From contig CALSSJ010000032.1 of assembly GCA_943788985.1 (NCBI GenBank), positions 32,001-96,000 on the forward strand: 64,000 nucleotides of DNA. Reading direction: 5' to 3'. The position numbers were made by a program, and so were the translations under genes. This document shows positions 1 to 10,642 of this stretch, piece by piece. Origin of the DNA: an uncultured Lentisphaerales bacterium. Lineage in GTDB: Bacteria; Verrucomicrobiota; Lentisphaeria; JABSQK01; UBA12247. How positions within the stretch are numbered: position 1 is the first letter of the stretch; every line of letters begins with the position of its first letter. A model generated the notes under the pieces. That model saw nothing but the letters and a program-made list of their open reading frames with translations, ran no database searches and was not told where the DNA came from.

Positions 1-2
1 GG

Positions 3-233
3 AGGGGCAGTCGGCTGCATCCGTTTCCGGGGCAGATCCGGGACCAAGCCAGCAGCGAAGTCTACCAGCTTCAACACTTCAACTGGGGCGAGCTAGTCGG
101 CTTGCAGGGCGCGGCTTCGGCGCTGCCCTGGGTGGTGGCGATGGGCGCAGCTGCGCTGCTGGTCTACCGCCTTACTGCGGCGGTACCTCCGACGAATGAT
201 GATGGAGGATCGGAGCCGGAGCCGACGGCTTGA
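3..233 (+). CDS. 3' end of a membrane protein running in from the left edge (partial)
   Basis: Frame 3 is open from the window edge to TGA at 231-233: ...QHFNWGELVGLQGAASALPWVVAMGAAALLVYRL..., ending in a hydrophobic helix. It overlaps the 3' end of the convergent gene. Confidence 0.45.
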   Translation, partial: RGSRLHPFPGQIRDQASSEVYQLQHFNWGELVGLQGAASALPWVVAMGAAALLVYRLTAAVPPTNDDGGSEPEPTA

Positions 234-555
234 CGACGTAGGTAAAGCGGGCGACGAACCGAAAGTCAGCACCGTCTCGGACAAATGTCCAGGTGTAGAG
301 TCCACTGAGTACGGCGGTGTCGTCGCCTGAGGACTGGATCGCCAGGCTGTCCGTGTCTACTGCCACGAGCAGGTCTTCGCAGGGGCTGAGCCCGGCGAAG
401 TAATCTCGACGCGCCGGCGCATCTCTGCGGACGCGATTGGAAAACGTGGGCAGCAGGACGGCGTCGCTGGCGTACATGGCCGCGATGCGATCGACATCGA
501 CGGCGTTGACCGCGTCCAGCCAGTTAAGCAGGACGGCGTGAAAAGGATCGTTCAT
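172..555 (-). CDS. SnoaL/NTF2-like (DUF4440 / CaMKII-association-domain-like) protein
   Basis: Motifs YASDAVLLPTFS, SGLYTW, ARFTYV and ILHHHSS. A GGAGG RBS lies upstream of the ATG at 555. Confidence 0.75.
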   Translation of the reverse strand: MNDPFHAVLLNWLDAVNAVDVDRIAAMYASDAVLLPTFSNRVRRDAPARRDYFAGLSPCEDLLVAVDTDSLAIQSSGDDTAVLSGLYTWTFVRDGADFRFVARFTYVVKPSAPAPILHHHSSEVPPQ

Positions 556-627
556 GGTGGTTCCTCCTAAAAATTGCGAACTCCGCAACGCCAGACGGGC
601 TGACGTGGCGGGGGCGCAAGTTGTTTC

Positions 628-1908
628 TTACATTCCGCTTTGCAGCGCTTCGAGATGACGCGAGAAGTGATCGGCCAACAGCTCGGTGTAGGTGTCCTGA
701 TGGTCATCGAGGACCTTACGCAGCGCGCCGCCCAACTCGGGATCGGTCAGCGTAGAGCCGAAGGTACAGTGCAGGATCTGGCGGCCTGGCTCGGTGAAGC
801 CCTTGCCCATGGGCACTTCTGCCCAGATGCCGAGATATTGCTTCTCCAAAGTCTCGAGCGACTGTCCCTCAGTGGTGGGGGCACAGTCAAGAGTGGCCGA
901 GACGTGGTAGGTAGCACGGTCGGTCTCGTAGTGCTCGCGGCCGAAGTCGATGATGCGGCGGAACAGCGCTTCGTCGTGTTTGGCGGCGACGCGCACGGCT
1001 TCGAGATAGCTGGTGCCAGCGGTCTTGACGTGGAAGCGGCCGTGCGTGTTCCGAGCGAGAATCTCGTACATGGACAGCTTGTCCGAACCGGAGTGCAGGC
1101 TGAGCTTGTAGGGGCCGAGCAGTTCGGCGATGGCATTGTGATCGCGCATGGACGCGTTCAGGGCATCCAGGTCGCCCTTGTAGTCCACGCCCTTCTCGAG
1201 TTCACCAATGAAGCGGGGAGCGAGGCTGACCATCTTGAGCCCATGCTGGCGAATCTGATCGGCGATGATGTAGTGCTCTGCCAGGGTGGTGGGCTGGTCG
1301 GTTTCGTCCACGCTGAGCTCGATCTCATATTCGCGATCCAGCTTTGTGGCCTGCTCTTTGACGTAGTCGCCCAAGGCGAGGGCGTGGTTGAGAGCGCGGC
1401 CATATTTAACGGCTGCGCGCATGCAGGCTTCTTCAGTCAAGTCGACGCGGGTGGTGGTTTTGAGCAGAGTGGCTTTGCCGCTGTAGCGGTCGAACCATTC
1501 GATCTCGTCGCGAACTTCTGCAAAGGCCGCACGAAGGGCCTCCTCGTCGTAGTTGTCCGCGTTGTCATCGACAAAGTCTGAGGGATCGATGGTGAAGAAG
1601 GTGAAGCCAGCGTTGAGCGTGACGTCGACGTCTTCACGGGTCTTGAGGTGATCTGCATCGGCGCCACAGGGGCCGTCCCAGCCAGCTGTATGCATCCCTT
1701 CGATCGCTTCGGCCATGACTTGTGGGGCGGTGCGCTGGGTGCGAGTCATCTCACGGATGGACTGCTGTGGGAAGATGGGGTCGATGCCGGCGCCGGAGCG
1801 AAGCATCGCCTCGACGTGGCCAGGCGTGGCGACTCCGATGCGGTCGCCAAAGCCAAAGCTCGACGTGAGCCCGAGTGTTACGCATTCATGATTCATGGAA
1901 TTCTCCAA
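628..1908 (-). CDS. uxaE: Tagaturonate/fructuronate epimerase (UxaE family)
   Basis: Motifs SFGFGDRIG, QQSIREMTRT, GADADHLK, ELSVDET, KLSLHSGSDK and HVKTAGTSYLEA. Confidence 0.9.
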   Translation of the reverse strand: MENSMNHECVTLGLTSSFGFGDRIGVATPGHVEAMLRSGAGIDPIFPQQSIREMTRTQRTAPQVMAEAIEGMHTAGWDGPCGADADHLKTREDVDVTLNAGFTFFTIDPSDFVDDNADNYDEEALRAAFAEVRDEIEWFDRYSGKATLLKTTTRVDLTEEACMRAAVKYGRALNHALALGDYVKEQATKLDREYEIELSVDETDQPTTLAEHYIIADQIRQHGLKMVSLAPRFIGELEKGVDYKGDLDALNASMRDHNAIAELLGPYKLSLHSGSDKLSMYEILARNTHGRFHVKTAGTSYLEAVRVAAKHDEALFRRIIDFGREHYETDRATYHVSATLDCAPTTEGQSLETLEKQYLGIWAEVPMGKGFTEPGRQILHCTFGSTLTDPELGGALRKVLDDHQDTYTELLADHFSRHLEALQSGM

Positions 1909-1930
1909 TGTTTGTGCCGTTTGGCACGAG

Positions 1931-2803
1931 TTAGCCTGCGAAGGCGGGCGCCGGAAGGCCGACTACTCCGGGTTTCACCACAAATAGGCTGCCAGCGTGA
2001 GGCTGACTGGTGTCGCCTTCACAGCCTTGGCGTGCTGTGGTGATGTAGAGGGTGTCGAGTTCTGGACCGCCAAAGGCGCAGGAAGTTACTTGGCGCGCCG
2101 GCACGTGAATACGGCCGATCTGGTCACCAGTTTGAGGATTGTAGCGGTTGATTGCCCAACCGCCCCAAAATGCGACCCAGAGCATCCCTTCGGCATCAAT
2201 GGTCATGCCGTCCGGGAAGCCTTCTGTGTCACGTAAATCGATGGCTGTGCTACGATTGCTGATGGACCCAGTTGGATCATCGTAGTCATAGCGGGAGACG
2301 ACGCGTGTGGGCGTGTCGATATAGTACATGGTGCTGCGGTCTGCGGTCCAAGTGAGACCGTTTGAGACGGTGATGTCGGTTTCGACTTTGGTCACCGATT
2401 GATCGGTATCGAGGCGATACAGCGCGCCTAAGGGCTCCTTCTGTGGGAGCGAAAGGGTGCCAGCCCAGAAACGGCCTGATGGATCGCATTTGCCATCGTT
2501 AAAGCGATTCCCGGGTAGGTCTGCCTCGGGATCGGCGATGGGGATAACGGTCTCGTCGTCGAGGTCGAGTGTGGCGAATCCGCTGTGTTGGGCGAGGATG
2601 AGCACGCTACTGGCACGCGGCGCCACGGCGCCGGGCATTTCGGAGAGCTGAATGACGCGGTCTTCGCCCGTGCTTGGCGTATGGACATGAACGCGGCAAC
2701 CGAGAATATCCACCCAATACAGACGCTGGACGACGGGATCCCAAATGGGGCCCTCGCCAAGTTCAGCGCGAGCATCAAGCAGAAGCTCAGCGGTTTCAGG
2801 CAT
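1931..2803 (-). CDS. SMP-30/gluconolactonase/LRE family protein
   Basis: Motifs LGEGPIWD, RFNDGKCD, SNGL, PDGMTID and TSCAFGG. Confidence 0.92.
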   Translation of the reverse strand: MPETAELLLDARAELGEGPIWDPVVQRLYWVDILGCRVHVHTPSTGEDRVIQLSEMPGAVAPRASSVLILAQHSGFATLDLDDETVIPIADPEADLPGNRFNDGKCDPSGRFWAGTLSLPQKEPLGALYRLDTDQSVTKVETDITVSNGLTWTADRSTMYYIDTPTRVVSRYDYDDPTGSISNRSTAIDLRDTEGFPDGMTIDAEGMLWVAFWGGWAINRYNPQTGDQIGRIHVPARQVTSCAFGGPELDTLYITTARQGCEGDTSQPHAGSLFVVKPGVVGLPAPAFAG

Positions 2804-2841
2804 TTATGATGTGGGTGCCACCATAAGTGGCAGTCAGCACC

Positions 2842-2875
2842 AGCTGAAGCCGGGCGCAGGCGCCCGACTCCAGCT
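2842..2875 (-). other. GC-rich intergenic hairpin without a U-tract (possible mRNA-stabilising element)
   Basis: Inverted repeat agctg..cgggcgc-ag-gcgcccg..cagct between ppdK and the lactonase gene. Confidence 0.4.
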
Positions 2876-2891
2876 AGGAGCCAATCTCCGC

Positions 2892-5624
2892 TTATTCCGC
2901 GGCGATCGCTGACTGTGCTGCGGCCAGACGTGCAACTGGTACGCGATATGGCGAGCAGCTGACGTAGTTCAGGCCGCTGTGGAAACAGAAGTCCACAGAA
3001 GCTGGGTCACCGCCCTGTTCACCACAGATACCGATCTTGAGGTCGCTGTTGGTCTTACGACCCCGCTCCACACAGGTCTTGATCAACTGGCCAACGCCCT
3101 CTTGATCAATGGTCTGGAACGGATCTGCTGCGAGGATACCTTGGTCGAGGTAGTCTTGCAGGAAGCCGCCGATGTCATCACGGCTGAAGCCGAAGGTCAT
3201 CTGCGTCAGGTCGTTGGTGCCGAAGGAGAAGAACTCAGCAACTTCTGCCATGCGGTCTGCAAGCAAGGCCGCGCGTGGGATCTCGATCATGGTGCCGTAG
3301 GGGCAAGTGATGCCTTCGCGGATATTTGCGCGCACGTCTGCAATGACGCGGTCGTAGATATCTTTGGTAGCGGTCAGCTCGGTGACGTCACAAGTCACAG
3401 GGACCATGATCTCAGGCTTAGCATCGGTGCCTTCGTTCTGCAGCTCTGCAGCAGCTTCGAGGATGGCACGAATCTGCATCTCGGAGATGGCTGGGTAGGT
3501 GATGCCCAGACGCACGCCGCGATGGCCCATCATTGGGTTCACTTCATGCAGATCTGCGCCACGCTTGGCGACGTCTTCTGCGCTGATCCCGAGTGCTTCG
3601 CCCAGGCGTGCCTGGCCGTCAGCAGTGTGGGGGATGAACTCATGCAGTGGCGGATCGAGCAGGCGAAAGGTCACGGGGTATGGTGCCATGGCTGCCATCG
3701 TGGACTTGACGTCACGCTTGACGAAGACTGCCAGGGCGTCGATTCCCTTTTGGCGCGATGCGTCGTCAGCAGCCATGATGATCTGGCGGAGGCTGAACAA
3801 CGCGTCGTCTGCACCCTCACCGTAGAACATGTGCTCGGTACGAAATAGGCCGATGCCTTCAGCACCAAAGTCACGCGCGATCTGCGCATCTTCTGGCGTG
3901 TCGGCATTGGTGCGAACGCCCATGGTCCGGAACTTGTCGACCATGGTCATGAAGCCCTGCAGGCGGGGGTTTTCGGTGGCGTCGATCATGTCGAGTTCGC
4001 CTACGTAAACCTGGCCCTTAGTGCCGTTGAGTGTGATGGTATCGCCTTCCTTCAAGGTGATGCCGCCAACGGTCATGGTGCGCGCCTTCATGTCGATGTC
4101 TAGCTCGCCAGCGCCTACGATACAGCACTTGCCCCAGCCGCGGGCCACGAGTGCTGCATGGCTGGTCATGCCGCCACGAGCAGTCAGAATACCTTCTGCA
4201 GCGCGCATGCCTTCGACGTCTTCCGGGTTGGTCTCATCGCGAACGAGGATGACGCTGTTCCCGGCTGCAGCAGCTGCTACAGCGCCTTCGGAGGTCATGG
4301 AAATCTGGCCACGAGCGCCACCGGGACCTGCGGGCAGGCCCTTGGCTAGTATCGTGGTGGCAGCTTCTGCAGCTGGGTCTACCAGCGGGTGCAACAACTC
4401 GTCGAGCTGATCAGGATGGACGCGGGTTACCGCAGTCTTTTCGTCGATCATGCCTTCATCGAGCATGTCCATGGCCATGTTCAGCGCAGCGGTACCGGTG
4501 CGTTTACCCGAGCGGGTCTGCAGCATGTAGAGCTTGTTCTGCTCGACCGTGAATTCCACGTCCTGCATGTCGCCATAATGGGCTTCGAGCTTGCAACGCA
4601 CGTCGTAGAGCTGCTCGTAGACCGCAGGGTTGCGCTCCTGGAGGGAGGGCATGTGCTTGTTTTGGTCGTTTTTGGTGTCGTCATTGAGCGGGTTCGGAGT
4701 ACGAATCCCGGCCACAACGTCTTCGCCTTGAGCATTGACCAGCCATTCGCCGTAGAATACGTTCTCGCCGGTAGCCGGGTTACGGGTGAAGGCAACGCCG
4801 GTGGCGGATTCGTCGTTGAGGTTGCCGAACACCATGCTTTGCACGTTGTTGGCTGTGCCCCAATGGTCGGGAATGCCTTCGATGCGGCGATAGGCGATGG
4901 CACGGCGACCGTTCCAGCTCTTGAACACGGCGCTGATGCCGCCCCAGAGCTGCGCATGGGGATCGTCTGGGAATTCGACTCCAAGAACTTCGACGACCTT
5001 GGCCTTATACTGCTCGCATAGCTCCTTGAGATCGGCGGCGGACAGCTCAGTGTCGGACTCAACACCTCTTGCGTCTTTGAGCGAGTCGAGCAGCACTTCC
5101 AGTTGGTGACGGATGCCACGGCCTTCCTCGGGCTCAATGCCCTCGGACTTCTCCATGACGACGTCAGAGTACATGGTGATGAGACGGCGGTAGGCGTCGT
5201 AGACGAAGCGCTCGTTGGACTGCTTAATCAGGCCGGGAATCGTGCTACTTGCGAGGCCGACATTGAGGACTGTCTCCATCATGCCGGGCATGGACTGGCG
5301 GGCACCGGAGCGGCAGGAAACCAGCAGCGGGTTATCGGCGTCGCCGTATACCTTGCCCATGGCAACTTCGGTCTTTGTGATTGCTTCGAGTACCTGCGCA
5401 CGAAGTTCTTCAGACAGCTCGCCGCCTTCTTCGAAGAACGTGTTGCAGTAATCGGTGGTGATAGTGAAACCTGCTGGGACCGGCAAACCGATCTTAGCCA
5501 TTTCAGCGAGATTAACGCCTTTGCCACCGAGAAGATTCTTCTGGGTGACGTTACCTTCGGCTTCGCTGCCGCCGAAAAAATAGACATATTTGTCGGGCAT
5601 CATGAACTCCATGTTCTGGGCCAA
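2892..5624 (-). CDS. ppdK: Pyruvate, phosphate dikinase (start probably at ATG 5600-5612)
   Basis: Motifs LGGKG, RSGARQSMPGMM, phospho-His motif GGMTSHAA, GIGLFRTEHM, FSFGTNDLTQ and YVSCSPYRVP. Confidence 0.97.
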   Translation of the reverse strand: MAQNMEFMMPDKYVYFFGGSEAEGNVTQKNLLGGKGVNLAEMAKIGLPVPAGFTITTDYCNTFFEEGGELSEELRAQVLEAITKTEVAMGKVYGDADNPLLVSCRSGARQSMPGMMETVLNVGLASSTIPGLIKQSNERFVYDAYRRLITMYSDVVMEKSEGIEPEEGRGIRHQLEVLLDSLKDARGVESDTELSAADLKELCEQYKAKVVEVLGVEFPDDPHAQLWGGISAVFKSWNGRRAIAYRRIEGIPDHWGTANNVQSMVFGNLNDESATGVAFTRNPATGENVFYGEWLVNAQGEDVVAGIRTPNPLNDDTKNDQNKHMPSLQERNPAVYEQLYDVRCKLEAHYGDMQDVEFTVEQNKLYMLQTRSGKRTGTAALNMAMDMLDEGMIDEKTAVTRVHPDQLDELLHPLVDPAAEAATTILAKGLPAGPGGARGQISMTSEGAVAAAAAGNSVILVRDETNPEDVEGMRAAEGILTARGGMTSHAALVARGWGKCCIVGAGELDIDMKARTMTVGGITLKEGDTITLNGTKGQVYVGELDMIDATENPRLQGFMTMVDKFRTMGVRTNADTPEDAQIARDFGAEGIGLFRTEHMFYGEGADDALFSLRQIIMAADDASRQKGIDALAVFVKRDVKSTMAAMAPYPVTFRLLDPPLHEFIPHTADGQARLGEALGISAEDVAKRGADLHEVNPMMGHRGVRLGITYPAISEMQIRAILEAAAELQNEGTDAKPEIMVPVTCDVTELTATKDIYDRVIADVRANIREGITCPYGTMIEIPRAALLADRMAEVAEFFSFGTNDLTQMTFGFSRDDIGGFLQDYLDQGILAADPFQTIDQEGVGQLIKTCVERGRKTNSDLKIGICGEQGGDPASVDFCFHSGLNYVSCSPYRVPVARLAAAQSAIAAE

Positions 5625-5743
5625 TTTGTATTCCCAAGCGACAGCTCACAAAGCCTACTCGGGTAAGTTGAAGCGGGTAGTATACCGAAAGGCGTGTCAT
5701 GGGCAACTGTGGGGCACCGCTTTGGCGGGCGAACTAGGCCAGG

Positions 5744-8700
5744 TTAGGACCTTTCTGCCTGTTCCTGATGCTTCTGGATCAGGTCAAAGTTCGGCTCGAC
5801 ATGATCACGAGTTTGCGGGCGCTTCAGATGCCAGACGGTATGTAGGATGCAGCGGAAGTCGTTTAGGATAGCCAGCAGGCAGGGGATCACGATGAGTGTA
5901 CCGAGTGTGGCGAATAGCACACCGAAGGCGATGGACACGCCCATTGGAATGAGAATCTGCGCTTGAAAGCTCCGCTCTAGGATGATTGGGAACAGCCCGG
6001 CGAAGGTGGTGATGGAGGTGAGAATGATGGCGCGAAACCTGCGCTTTCCCCCCTCGACAATGGCGTCATGGAGGCCCATTCCCTGTTCCAGGCGGCGATT
6101 GATCGCGACAATCAGGACGATCGCGTCATTGACCACGATTCCGGTCAGAGCAACCAATCCGAAAAAGGACATCATGGACAGGGAAATCCCATACAACAGA
6201 TGGCCAAGAATCGCCCCGACAAAACCAAACGGAATGGCAAACATGATCACGGCAGGTTGCAGATAGGAGCGAAAAATCGTGGCCATAATCAGGTAGATTG
6301 CGAGGACCGCAACCGCACCGCCAAGCTTGATGGAGGCGATCGAATCCATTTGGTCTTGGGAGTCGAAGCCGCGTCGGGCATGAATGCCGAATTTTCCGGT
6401 GAGGTCGGGAACGACTTTGGTGAGTAGGTCGGTCATGATTTCTTCGGTGGGTGTGCCGTCGAGTGTGCTGGCCTTGATGGAGAACTTTCGCCGCCCGTTC
6501 TCGCGGTGGATCTTGGAGAAGCCGGAAGCTGTTGTGATGTCCGCCACAAACTCCAGCGGGACCTCCTGGCCTGTTGGGGTACGGATGCGCAGGGCTGCGA
6601 TCTGCGCAATGTTGCGCCGCTCGCTGTCTGTGTAGCGGACCATGATCCGGATGTCGTCCGAATCGCGTTGGACGCGAAGTGCTTCGTCGCCATAGAATCC
6701 GGCTCGGATCTGGCCGCCGAGATCCACGACAGTGAGTCCGAGTGCGTGGGCCTGCGGTTTGAGCCTGAGTTCAAGTTCCTTGCGGCCGGGGCGGTAGTCC
6801 GTGGTGATGTCGGTGACGCCGCCGTAGGTGCCAATCTTTTGCTTGAGCGCGACGATCGCCTCGTCGAGGAAGTCTGGATCGTCCCCGACAACGTCGAGTT
6901 GGATATCTCCCCCCGGAGGACCACCGCCGAAGCCAAGGAACTGAATCGACTCGACGCCCTGGAGAGCCCCTGTCTTCTCGCGCCAGCGTTGGAGGATTTC
7001 CTCGAAGTAGAGGTTGCGCTCCTCGGTGGGGGTGAGTTCGACAAAGATATTGGCGAGATTGTCGCCACGTACCGGATTCCCATTCTCAATGCCGAGGGTC
7101 CCGCCGATGTTTGCATACACGGCTACTGATAAGCTCTTGCCGTCGAGCTGCGCTTCAAAGGACCGGGCCGTTTCGTTCCAGGACGCCACGACGGTCTTGG
7201 CGATCGCCTCGGTGCGGACCAGCGGTGTGCCGGGCGGTGTCTCGATCAGCACGTGCACATAGTCCACGTCGGAGGATGGGAAGAACTCGTAACCGACCAT
7301 TCCACCGCGCACAAAGCCGACGGTAATCATTACGGTCGCGGCGCCTCCGGCCATCGCCGCATACCGCCAGTGCAGGAGAAAGCGAAGGACTGGGTCGTAG
7401 AGGCGCTCAATAAAGAAACGCAGGCCGGATGCGATGAAGGCGCGCAGTTTTCCCAGTGGATTCCACCACGACGCATCGCGGAAGCTGCGGTAGCCAATGT
7501 GCGGGAGGTCCCGTAAATGGACGGGAAGAATGATCAGCGCTTCGAATAGACTGATGGTCAGAGCGGCTACGACCGGACCGGGGAGCACCGCGATAAACTT
7601 GCCGATGACCCCGGAAATGAAAAATAGCGGGCTGAAGGCGACGATGGTCGTGATGACTGCGGTCAGGACCGGCCAAAGCACTTCTCGCATGCCTTGTTCC
7701 GCCGCCTTGAAGGCATCCTGTCCTTGCTCTCGGCGTGCGTAGATTGCCTCTCCGACCACGATCGCATCATCGACAATGATGCCGAGTACCATGATCAGGC
7801 CAAAAAGGCTGATCATGTTAATAGTCTGTCCGCTGGCTGCCATGATGCCAAATGCGCCGCCCACGGATACGCCGATACCCAGCACCACCCAGAAGCTCAA
7901 CCGTAAGTCCATCACCAGTAGCAACGACAGGAATACCAGGATGATGCCCCAGAAGCCGCTCCTTTTGAGCAGCTCAATGCGATCTGAGATCAGGCGAGAT
8001 GTGTCGAACCACAGGGAAAGGTGGAGGGAGTCGGGCAAGGTGGCCTGCCGCTGGTCTACCCAGTCGGTGATGCGATCTGCGATCTCAATAGCGTCTTCAT
8101 CCCGTCCCTTCAGGATCTGAAGATTGACCGAACGCTCGCCATTGAACAGTCCATAGACGGACGAGGAATCGTCGAACGTATCTCGCAGATCTGCGACGTC
8201 CGCAAGTCGAATTTGTTGGCCGTTTTGCGAAGTTCGCACCACCACGCTGCCAAATTCACTGGCATAGTATTTGCGGCCGATCACGCGCAGGGCGATGTCC
8301 TCGTCGCCGGTGCGCAGTACGCCGCCGGGGATGTTCTGACTGGCTGCTTGGATCGCCTGCCTGACTTCTCCCAGGCGCAGGCCGTAGCGTCGCAGCTTCT
8401 GCTCGGAGATCTCGATGGAGATCTGTGATTCGCGGATGCCGACGATATTGATCCGGCTGACGCCGGGGAGGTGCAGCATCTCGTCGCGCAATTCTTCTGC
8501 CAGGCGTTTTCGCTCGTGCTCTGTGATATCGCCCCAGAGCGCTACGTTTACGACGGGGTCGTCAAACTGAAAGGTGCTGATGACGGGGCGCTCGGCGTCG
8601 GCCGGAAGGGTTTGGATCGCGTCCACTTTATTCTTGACCTCGCGCCGGACGCGGTCGCGGTCCGCCCCTGGATCGACCTCCACGATGACCACGCCGAAGT

Positions 8701-8953
8701 CCTCCGCGGCGGTGCTCATCAAGCGGCGAATCCCGGGTACGCCTTCGAGCGAGTCCTCCACCCGAATAATCACGGATTCTTCGATTTCCGCCGGGTCTGC
8801 GCCGGGGTAGGCGACCTGAACCTCAATGAAGTCGAGCTCAAACTGGGGGAAGCTCTCGCGAATCATCATCGTCGGCACGACGACGCCCGTGAGGATGAAC
8901 AGCAACATCAGGATGTTGGCGAATACGGGATTACGCAGGATAAGACGTATCAT
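5744..8953 (-). CDS. RND efflux transporter permease (AcrB/AcrD/AcrF family)
   Basis: 1069 aa with two hydrophobic halves and motifs YPGADPAEIE, GIIVDDAIVV and RFRAIILTSITT. Confidence 0.93.
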   Translation of the reverse strand: MIRLILRNPVFANILMLLFILTGVVVPTMMIRESFPQFELDFIEVQVAYPGADPAEIEESVIIRVEDSLEGVPGIRRLMSTAAEDFGVVIVEVDPGADRDRVRREVKNKVDAIQTLPADAERPVISTFQFDDPVVNVALWGDITEHERKRLAEELRDEMLHLPGVSRINIVGIRESQISIEISEQKLRRYGLRLGEVRQAIQAASQNIPGGVLRTGDEDIALRVIGRKYYASEFGSVVVRTSQNGQQIRLADVADLRDTFDDSSSVYGLFNGERSVNLQILKGRDEDAIEIADRITDWVDQRQATLPDSLHLSLWFDTSRLISDRIELLKRSGFWGIILVFLSLLLVMDLRLSFWVVLGIGVSVGGAFGIMAASGQTINMISLFGLIMVLGIIVDDAIVVGEAIYARREQGQDAFKAAEQGMREVLWPVLTAVITTIVAFSPLFFISGVIGKFIAVLPGPVVAALTISLFEALIILPVHLRDLPHIGYRSFRDASWWNPLGKLRAFIASGLRFFIERLYDPVLRFLLHWRYAAMAGGAATVMITVGFVRGGMVGYEFFPSSDVDYVHVLIETPPGTPLVRTEAIAKTVVASWNETARSFEAQLDGKSLSVAVYANIGGTLGIENGNPVRGDNLANIFVELTPTEERNLYFEEILQRWREKTGALQGVESIQFLGFGGGPPGGDIQLDVVGDDPDFLDEAIVALKQKIGTYGGVTDITTDYRPGRKELELRLKPQAHALGLTVVDLGGQIRAGFYGDEALRVQRDSDDIRIMVRYTDSERRNIAQIAALRIRTPTGQEVPLEFVADITTASGFSKIHRENGRRKFSIKASTLDGTPTEEIMTDLLTKVVPDLTGKFGIHARRGFDSQDQMDSIASIKLGGAVAVLAIYLIMATIFRSYLQPAVIMFAIPFGFVGAILGHLLYGISLSMMSFFGLVALTGIVVNDAIVLIVAINRRLEQGMGLHDAIVEGGKRRFRAIILTSITTFAGLFPIILERSFQAQILIPMGVSIAFGVLFATLGTLIVIPCLLAILNDFRCILHTVWHLKRPQTRDHVEPNFDLIQKHQEQAERS

Positions 8954-8974
8954 GATGGGCCGACTGGTTGCCGG

Positions 8975-10642
8975 TTAGTTCCGTTGAATCTGCTCACTGT
9001 CGCCCCCGAGCAGGCCCTCCAGCAGGTCGCGTTCCTGCGTGGGGGCACCGTCGCCTTCGAGCGTGTCGCCCCGCTTGGCGGCAAGGCGCTGCAGTTCAGT
9101 GTATAAGCTGTGAAAAACCGCGGGCTCGTTGAGTTGGATTTGCTGGAGGGCAACCTGCTTCATCGTTGTATAGGGGGGCAGGCCGCGGCGTTTCGTGTCG
9201 CGCTCACTCTTGAACTGAGTCTGGTACTTCGAATAGGAGCGCTGCGCGAGGCTCTCCCAGTTGCTCGCTGCCTTGAAATCTCTGCGGCCGAGCGCTGAGA
9301 ATGCTTCTTGTAGGAAGCCGCTGATATTCGGCAGAGCCTGGTGCTCCCCGCCCGCATTCACGTCCTCTTCCAACTCGATGAGGACAAACTCGTCCAGGGA
9401 GCGCACGAAGCGCTCGGAGCCTTCGGCATACTTCGAGCTGCGCATGATTTCGAGAAAGCGCTGGGCGTCTTCGGTGCGCCCCCCAATGTAAAGTGCGCGA
9501 ATACAGTCAATCATGAAATTCACGTAGCCGGACTTGATACCGCCATTCCTGTCGTGGTTTTTGATGGCATTCAGGTAGGCTTCCCGGGCTTCATCCACGA
9601 TGTCGAGGTTGGGCGAGAGATGGATCTTCAAGGTCGTGTCTGGGAGGTAGCTGACTCTCCCGATTTCCACCGAACGAGACATGCAATGAAAGATCATGCG
9701 CTCGCACTCGAGAAACACTTCTGAGCCATCCGGCGTGTGCTTGAGCCCCTGGTATGCCCAATAGATACCGTGGGCTTGTGCTGTGCGAAAGTCCAGTGGG
9801 CCGTAGTGCTGGTCGATCTCATAGAGGACCACCGGGTCCAGGCTCTTGGATAAGAGCCATCGGCTTCTCAGGTAGAGGACGAGTAGCTCATCACACTTTC
9901 GACGTTTTGCGAACTCCGCAATTGCCGGTGGGAGCGTGGCGGATTCTCGGAAGCTCTGTTCGAGTCCGCTTAGAGAGAGTCCCTCCTGGTGCAGGGCGGC
10001 TGCAAACTCCGCAGCATCATCGCCAAGGGCGGCGACCATGGCGTCTGGATCCTGCGGCGCTTCGGCGAGGGCTTGCCAATCATAGGGACCCGAGCCGAGC
10101 ATCTCGATCATCTGCAGCGCGACCTGGCGTTTGTAGTAGTAGTTCATGTCGTCGAGATTCTGGCCGATCTTGTGCTGATAGATCCAGCCAAGCTGCTGGT
10201 AGAGCTTAGGATCTCCAGGATGCTGGGGCAATGCTTCGTCGCGCACGAGCTCGATGGCGGCATTTACCCAGCGCCAGCGTTCTTCTGGCTGACTGAAGTT
10301 TACGGAGACGTTGTAGGCGAGATTCCAGACGGAGTAGCTGATCGCCTCGGTAAAGCGAGGTTGGAGCTGGATGGTCCAGCGAGCGAGCTGGACGAGCTCG
10401 AAATAGTTGCCGTTCGTTTGCATTTTTCCTTGCCGGAGAAAGAGCATGTCGGCCAGCAGGCCGCGAAAGCCGCCGAGGACGACGACAGACAGGGCGAGTG
10501 CCGGCGGAGCATTCTCAAGAGGCGGCGCGTCGGTCAGTGTCAGGCGGCGCTCCGTTAGGCGCTCTTGCACCAGATGATTCACGCCGGCAATCGCAAGCAG
10601 GGCCAAAATCAGGCTGAGTTTTAACCAACGTCGTGGGATCAT
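8975..10642 (-). CDS. Membrane-anchored helical/TPR-like protein, PilG-like partner of the adjacent ABC permease
   Basis: N-terminal TM segment and motif GFRGLLADMLFLR...LQPRF...WNLAYNVS. Overlaps the permease stop by 4 nt. Confidence 0.6.
   Translation of the reverse strand: MIPRRWLKLSLILALLAIAGVNHLVQERLTERRLTLTDAPPLENAPPALALSVVVLGGFRGLLADMLFLRQGKMQTNGNYFELVQLARWTIQLQPRFTEAISYSVWNLAYNVSVNFSQPEERWRWVNAAIELVRDEALPQHPGDPKLYQQLGWIYQHKIGQNLDDMNYYYKRQVALQMIEMLGSGPYDWQALAEAPQDPDAMVAALGDDAAEFAAALHQEGLSLSGLEQSFRESATLPPAIAEFAKRRKCDELLVLYLRSRWLLSKSLDPVVLYEIDQHYGPLDFRTAQAHGIYWAYQGLKHTPDGSEVFLECERMIFHCMSRSVEIGRVSYLPDTTLKIHLSPNLDIVDEAREAYLNAIKNHDRNGGIKSGYVNFMIDCIRALYIGGRTEDAQRFLEIMRSSKYAEGSERFVRSLDEFVLIELEEDVNAGGEHQALPNISGFLQEAFSALGRRDFKAASNWESLAQRSYSKYQTQFKSERDTKRRGLPPYTTMKQVALQQIQLNEPAVFHSLYTELQRLAAKRGDTLEGDGAPTQERDLLEGLLGGDSEQIQRN

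Noticed and set aside
640..1581. Long antisense ORFs (also 2979-3848, 54552-55448, 58021-59325 and others)
   Set aside because: They are shadows of genes on the opposite strand, expected from high-GC codon bias, and carry no recognisable motifs.
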